Part shown: one piece after another, positions 59,899 through 64,000 of the stretch
Layout of the letters: each line of letters begins with the position of its first letter
Position numbering within the stretch: position 1 is the stretch's first letter
Source: Acidobacteriota bacterium
GTDB lineage: Bacteria > Acidobacteriota > UBA6911 > RPQK01 > CBDAPI01
Assembly: GCA_965198355.1 (NCBI GenBank)
Contig: CBDAPI010000012.1
Coordinates: forward strand, 269,191 to 333,190
Direction of reading: 5' to 3'
DNA length: 64,000 nucleotides
Notes under the pieces: model-generated
The model's input: only the letters and a program-made list of their open reading frames with translations
Database searches by the model: none
Told to the model about the DNA's origin: nothing
Position numbers and translations under genes: made by a program

Positions 59899-60585
59899 GT
59901 GACGGAATCAACCTGTGCTCTCAAAGTCTTCGACTTGCGCAAGGAATTTGATCTCGAGCACGACAAGGTAAGAGTCCTCGACGGCGTCAGTTTCGATGCC
60001 GGATACGGTGAAACCATTGTGGTAACCGGCCCCTCCGGCTCGGGAAAGAGCACGCTCCTGCACATTCTGGGGGCGCTGGAGCCGCCGACATCCGGAAGCG
60101 TTCAGATCGACGCCCGGTCTCCGTTCGATTGGCCGGAGAAGGAAGTGGCCCGATTTCGCAACCAGACAATTGGTTTCGTGTTTCAAGAACATCACCTGCT
60201 TCCCCAGTATTCGGTCATGGAGAACGTCCTCCTGCCCACCATGGCCGCATCTGCCACTTCCACCGGAAAAGCCGAGCGGGCTCGAGAACTGCTGGATCGC
60301 GTGGGCCTGTCCCATCGGGTCGAGTACCGACCCGGTCAACTCTCCGGGGGCGAGCGACAGCGGGTCGCCATCGCGCGGGCGCTGATCAACCAGCCTCGCA
60401 TTTTGCTCTGTGACGAGCCCATGGGGAGCCTGGATACGACGACTGCGGGGCAAGTATCCGATGTCCTCTTTGATCTGCATGAGCGGGAAGGGATGCTGAT
60501 GCTGGTCGTGACCCACAGCCTTGAACTGGCCGCGCGTTTTCCCAGGCATCTCCGTTTGAAGGAAGGGAGATGCTTCGAAGCCTGA
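59899..60585 (+). CDS. ABC transporter ATP-binding protein (LolD/MacB type)
   Basis: GPSGSGKST, FVFQEHHLL, LSGGERQR, LCDEP, VTH; GTG start inferred. Confidence 0.92.
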   Translation: MTESTCALKVFDLRKEFDLEHDKVRVLDGVSFDAGYGETIVVTGPSGSGKSTLLHILGALEPPTSGSVQIDARSPFDWPEKEVARFRNQTIGFVFQEHHLLPQYSVMENVLLPTMAASATSTGKAERARELLDRVGLSHRVEYRPGQLSGGERQRVAIARALINQPRILLCDEPMGSLDTTTAGQVSDVLFDLHEREGMLMLVVTHSLELAARFPRHLRLKEGRCFEA

Positions 60586-63500
60586 CCCACCACTGGCGGG
60601 TGAATCTGGCTCTTCTGGCCGCTGTGGTCGTGACCAGCTCCGTGCTGACGGGAGCGCTCGTCGTGGGGGACTCTGTGCGCCAGAGTCTAAGTCGCCTGGT
60701 GCTTGATCGGCTGGGGGAGGTGGAGTCTGCCCTGGTGATGGAGCGCTTCGTGGACGACTCCCTGGTCCTTCGTCTGAGCGGAAGTCCAAGCTTCCAGGAA
60801 CATTCGATCTCCGCTGTCCCCGTCATTTTTCTTGCGGGGAGCGCTCGCCACCCGGGCACTGAGAGACGGGCTTCGGGGGTCAAGATCTACGGGGTGGACG
60901 GGCGTTTTGAGCAACTGTTCAGCTCCCGGTTGGATCTGGATAAAGGAGAGGGACAGATCTTTCCCAGTGCTGTGATCAACTCCTCACTGGGTCGAGACAT
61001 CGGCGCCGGCGTCGGCGATCAGGTCGTCTTCCACTTGATGGGCGCCTCCGACGTGGCTCCTGAATCGCTGGTGGGAGACCGGGATGTGGCCAGCCTTCTC
61101 AAGACGGTTCGGGCCGTTGTCCGCCAGGTTGTTGAGGACAACGGGCTCGGCCAGTTCGAAATTCAGCCCTCCCAGGCGGCGGGCCTGAATGCATATCTAC
61201 CCTTGGAGGTCGTGCAGGAGGCTCTGGGGCTCGAGAACCGGGTCAACCTGGTTCTCTTCAGCCGCGCCAGCGGGGATCTGCCGGTGGAACGGGTGTCGGC
61301 TGCAGTAGAAGAGGCTCTGACTGCGCAGGACTACGGGTTTCGGTTTCGTGCGGGTCGTGACTATTTTGTGGTTGAGAGCTCCAGGTTTGTTCTCAAGCCC
61401 TTTGAAGTGGCAGCGGTTGAGAAGGTGGCGCAGAGCTTGAAAATGAGGAGTCAGTTTGCTCTGACTCACCTCGCCAATCGGCTCAGTATCGGAGAAAGAA
61501 GCGTCCCTTACTCAACCGTCGCGGCGATTACCCCGATCAACCAAAAACCTCTGCCCGAATTGCAACTCGCCGACAACGGCCTGCCGGCTCCTCCAATAAA
61601 GGCGGACCAGATCTATCTCAACGAGTGGACGGCCCGGGAACTGGCTGCGGAGACGGGAGACCTTGTCACGGTGACCTATTACGAGGTCGGGCCCAGAGAT
61701 GAGTTGCTGACCAGAACCGTTGAACTGCGGACTTCCGCACCGGTGGCGATGCGGGGGATGGGGACCGATTCACTGCTCACGCCCGAATATCCGGGGATCC
61801 ACGAGGCCGAGGACATGGCCCGATGGGATCCTCCTTTTCCCGTGGATCTGGATCAGATTCGGCCTCAGGATGAAGACTACTGGGATCGATTTCGGGCCGC
61901 TCCCAAAGCCTTCCTGTCACTGGAGCGGGGGCGACAGCTCTGGTCAAGCCGATTCGGGGACACCACGAGTGTCCGGTTGTCCGCCGGTTGGGAGGTTTCA
62001 CCTGTCGAGTCCATGACCAGGTTTGAAGCCGCGCTGGGAGACGAGATGACCCTCGAATCCGGTGGCTTTCAGGTGCGTCCTCTGCGCCGGGAAGGGCTGC
62101 AAGCGGCCCGGGGCCCGACCGACTTCGCTGGACTCTTCGGAGGCTTCAGTTTCTTCCTGATTGTGGCGGCCCTTCTGCTGGTGGGCCTCCTCTTCCGTCT
62201 CACTGTAGAACGGCGTGCGGCGGAGATTGGGGTGCTCTTGGCTGTGGGTTACACACGGGCGGGGATCCTGAGCCGGCTGCTGCGGGAGGCGAGTCCTGTT
62301 CTGGTGGTAGGGACGTTGCTGGGATTGGGACTGGCGCTGGCCTATTCCTGGGCGATGCTGGCCGGTCTGAGAACGTTCTGGAACGAAGCTGTGGGGACCA
62401 CCCAGCTGGCCGTCTCCGTCAGCGGATGGTCTCTCCTCATCGGCTTTGTGGGCACGCTGGCGAGCGCTCTTCTAGCCCTGTGGTTGGCCCTTCGAAAACT
62501 TATCAAGGTGGCTCCAGCACGGCTCCTGAGTGGCCACCTAGAGGAAGGGTTCGCCAGTTCGGGTCGATGGAGCCTGCTGATTGGCAGGGTTTCCTTCGTG
62601 CTCGTGCTCCTGCTGCTGGGGGTACTGTTTCTGTTCAGTTCCCGGCTCGAGAAACTGGCCCCACTGCTTTTCTTTGTACTTGGCTTTCTCGTCCTCTCCG
62701 TCACGCTTTCCTACTTCTCGGCAAGATGCCGGGGACTGGGGCAGCGCGCCTTGGCTCCCGGTGGACGGTTCTCCTGGCTGAACCTGGCGCTGAGGAACGC
62801 GGGACGCAATCCCGCGCGCAGCCTGGTCAGCGTTCTGCTGATCGCTCTGGCGTCTTTCACCATCCTTGCCGTAGAGGCGAGTCGAACGGGTCTCCAGGGC
62901 GATCTGGAGAAGCAGCACTCGCCGACCGGAGGCTTCGAGCTTCTGGGCCGGACCAGCGTCCCGATCCTGCAGGACTTGAACAGTGCAAGAGGGCGATTCG
63001 ATCTGGCCATCGACGATTCGGACGGGATACTGGCTGGGGCTCACTTCTACCCCTTTCGCCTTCTGCCCGGAGACGACACCAGTTGCCTGAATCTTTATCA
63101 GCCGCGGCGGCCCAGGGTCCTGGGAGTTCCCGGCGATTTCAGGTTGCGGGGAGGGTTTGAGTTCCAACAACTCGGGAACGATCTTTCACCCCGCGAGAAG
63201 AACAACCCCTGGTTGACTCTGGAGCGGGACCTGGGACCCGACGTGGTGCCTGCTTTCGGCGACTACGAGTCGGTCCGCTGGATTCTGAAGCTGGGCCTGG
63301 GCAAGGATCTGGTGGTGGCTGATGAGACAGGCCGCCCCGTGAGGCTTCGGCTGGTGGGATTGCTTCATGCCAGCATCTTCCAAAGCGAGATCCTGATCTC
63401 AGAGGCTGCTTTCACGAGACTCTTCCCCAGTCGTGCCGGGTACTCATATTTTCTGATGGACACCGGCGCCGCTTCCGCCGACCAGATCGCCCAGCGACTG

Positions 63501-63959
63501 GAAAGCTCCCTGGGAGATCACGGTTTCGACGTGGTGACGACTCGAGATCACCTGGCCGGCTACCTGGCGGTCCGCAACACATATATCTCGACCTTCCAGA
63601 CACTGGGAGGGTTGGGACTGATCCTGGGAACCCTGGGACTGGGTGTCGTGCTGCTGCGAAATGTCCTGGAAAGACGGCGGGAGCTGGCCGTCATGAGGGC
63701 TTTCGGGTTCTCTCGTCGCCGTCTCTCCCGAATGGTCGTGGCCGAGAATTTGTGGCTGCTGATCATTGGTCTCCTCTGCGGCACTTTGGCAGCAACGATC
63801 GCGCTGCTGCCCAGCTTCTGGAGCCGCCCCGATCAGCCTCCCTGGGCTTCCCTGCAGTTCACACTGGCCCTGGTTCTGATGGTGGGGATGGTCGCCTGTG
63901 TGGCCGCGGTAACCGCCTCTCTGAAAGCGCCTTTGCTGCCTTCGTTGAAAGAAGAATGA
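60570..63959 (+). CDS. Large duplicated FtsX/MacB-type ABC permease
   Basis: Two repeats of TM, large periplasmic domain, FtsX; motifs ERRAAEIGVLLAVG and ERRRELAVMRAFG. Confidence 0.9.
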   Translation: MLRSLTHHWRVNLALLAAVVVTSSVLTGALVVGDSVRQSLSRLVLDRLGEVESALVMERFVDDSLVLRLSGSPSFQEHSISAVPVIFLAGSARHPGTERRASGVKIYGVDGRFEQLFSSRLDLDKGEGQIFPSAVINSSLGRDIGAGVGDQVVFHLMGASDVAPESLVGDRDVASLLKTVRAVVRQVVEDNGLGQFEIQPSQAAGLNAYLPLEVVQEALGLENRVNLVLFSRASGDLPVERVSAAVEEALTAQDYGFRFRAGRDYFVVESSRFVLKPFEVAAVEKVAQSLKMRSQFALTHLANRLSIGERSVPYSTVAAITPINQKPLPELQLADNGLPAPPIKADQIYLNEWTARELAAETGDLVTVTYYEVGPRDELLTRTVELRTSAPVAMRGMGTDSLLTPEYPGIHEAEDMARWDPPFPVDLDQIRPQDEDYWDRFRAAPKAFLSLERGRQLWSSRFGDTTSVRLSAGWEVSPVESMTRFEAALGDEMTLESGGFQVRPLRREGLQAARGPTDFAGLFGGFSFFLIVAALLLVGLLFRLTVERRAAEIGVLLAVGYTRAGILSRLLREASPVLVVGTLLGLGLALAYSWAMLAGLRTFWNEAVGTTQLAVSVSGWSLLIGFVGTLASALLALWLALRKLIKVAPARLLSGHLEEGFASSGRWSLLIGRVSFVLVLLLLGVLFLFSSRLEKLAPLLFFVLGFLVLSVTLSYFSARCRGLGQRALAPGGRFSWLNLALRNAGRNPARSLVSVLLIALASFTILAVEASRTGLQGDLEKQHSPTGGFELLGRTSVPILQDLNSARGRFDLAIDDSDGILAGAHFYPFRLLPGDDTSCLNLYQPRRPRVLGVPGDFRLRGGFEFQQLGNDLSPREKNNPWLTLERDLGPDVVPAFGDYESVRWILKLGLGKDLVVADETGRPVRLRLVGLLHASIFQSEILISEAAFTRLFPSRAGYSYFLMDTGAASADQIAQRLESSLGDHGFDVVTTRDHLAGYLAVRNTYISTFQTLGGLGLILGTLGLGVVLLRNVLERRRELAVMRAFGFSRRRLSRMVVAENLWLLIIGLLCGTLAATIALLPSFWSRPDQPPWASLQFTLALVLMVGMVACVAAVTASLKAPLLPSLKEE

Positions 63960-64000
63960 GTTCCGTGTTCCGAGTTTCACGACGTCGCGGCCTGAGGCCC

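Noticed and set aside
1-64000. tRNA, rRNA, prophage or integrase genes
   Set aside because: No cloverleaf, rRNA signature, phage structural gene or recombinase recognised by eye; a tRNAscan-SE/Infernal run would be needed to exclude them formally

Overview
GC-rich bacterial chromosome segment; gene content and order suggest Acidobacteriota, which is an inference. Bases 1-20.3 kb hold a partial secreted TPR protein, a DinG helicase, glyA and a complete dcw cluster (mraZ-rsmH-ftsL-ftsI-murE-murF-mraY-murD-ftsW-murG-murC-ftsQ-ftsA-ftsZ). Bases 20-41 kb hold an ArsM-like methyltransferase, an orphan ORF split by one in-frame TAG and bracketed by 44-bp direct repeats, ispG, an outer-membrane barrel, nhaC, an aminotransferase disrupted by a nested IS481::IS1380, a MaoC dehydratase, murQ, hflKC and an uncalled 30-aa bS22/COX24-like ORF. 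Bases 41-50 kb hold a Tat-exported PaoABC/xanthine-dehydrogenase-family molybdoenzyme operon with a small Cys-rich protein and two secreted proteins, then a nuclease-fold ORF coupled to hpt, hslR and pepD. Bases 50-64 kb hold an Fe-ADH, PQQ-propeller, TonB receptor, DUF3311, Na+/solute symporter and MacB-type ABC cluster, split by IS481 and IS1380. There are four near-identical IS1380 copies (CTAG/CTAA targets, two exactly on stop codons) and two IS481 copies. Non-coding structure includes a 36-bp palindrome family often sitting on stop codons, a ~68-bp REPIN-like family next to heptamer arrays, and a tetraloop-rich candidate ncRNA at about 54.55-54.79 kb. All family assignments come from motif recognition, not database searches.
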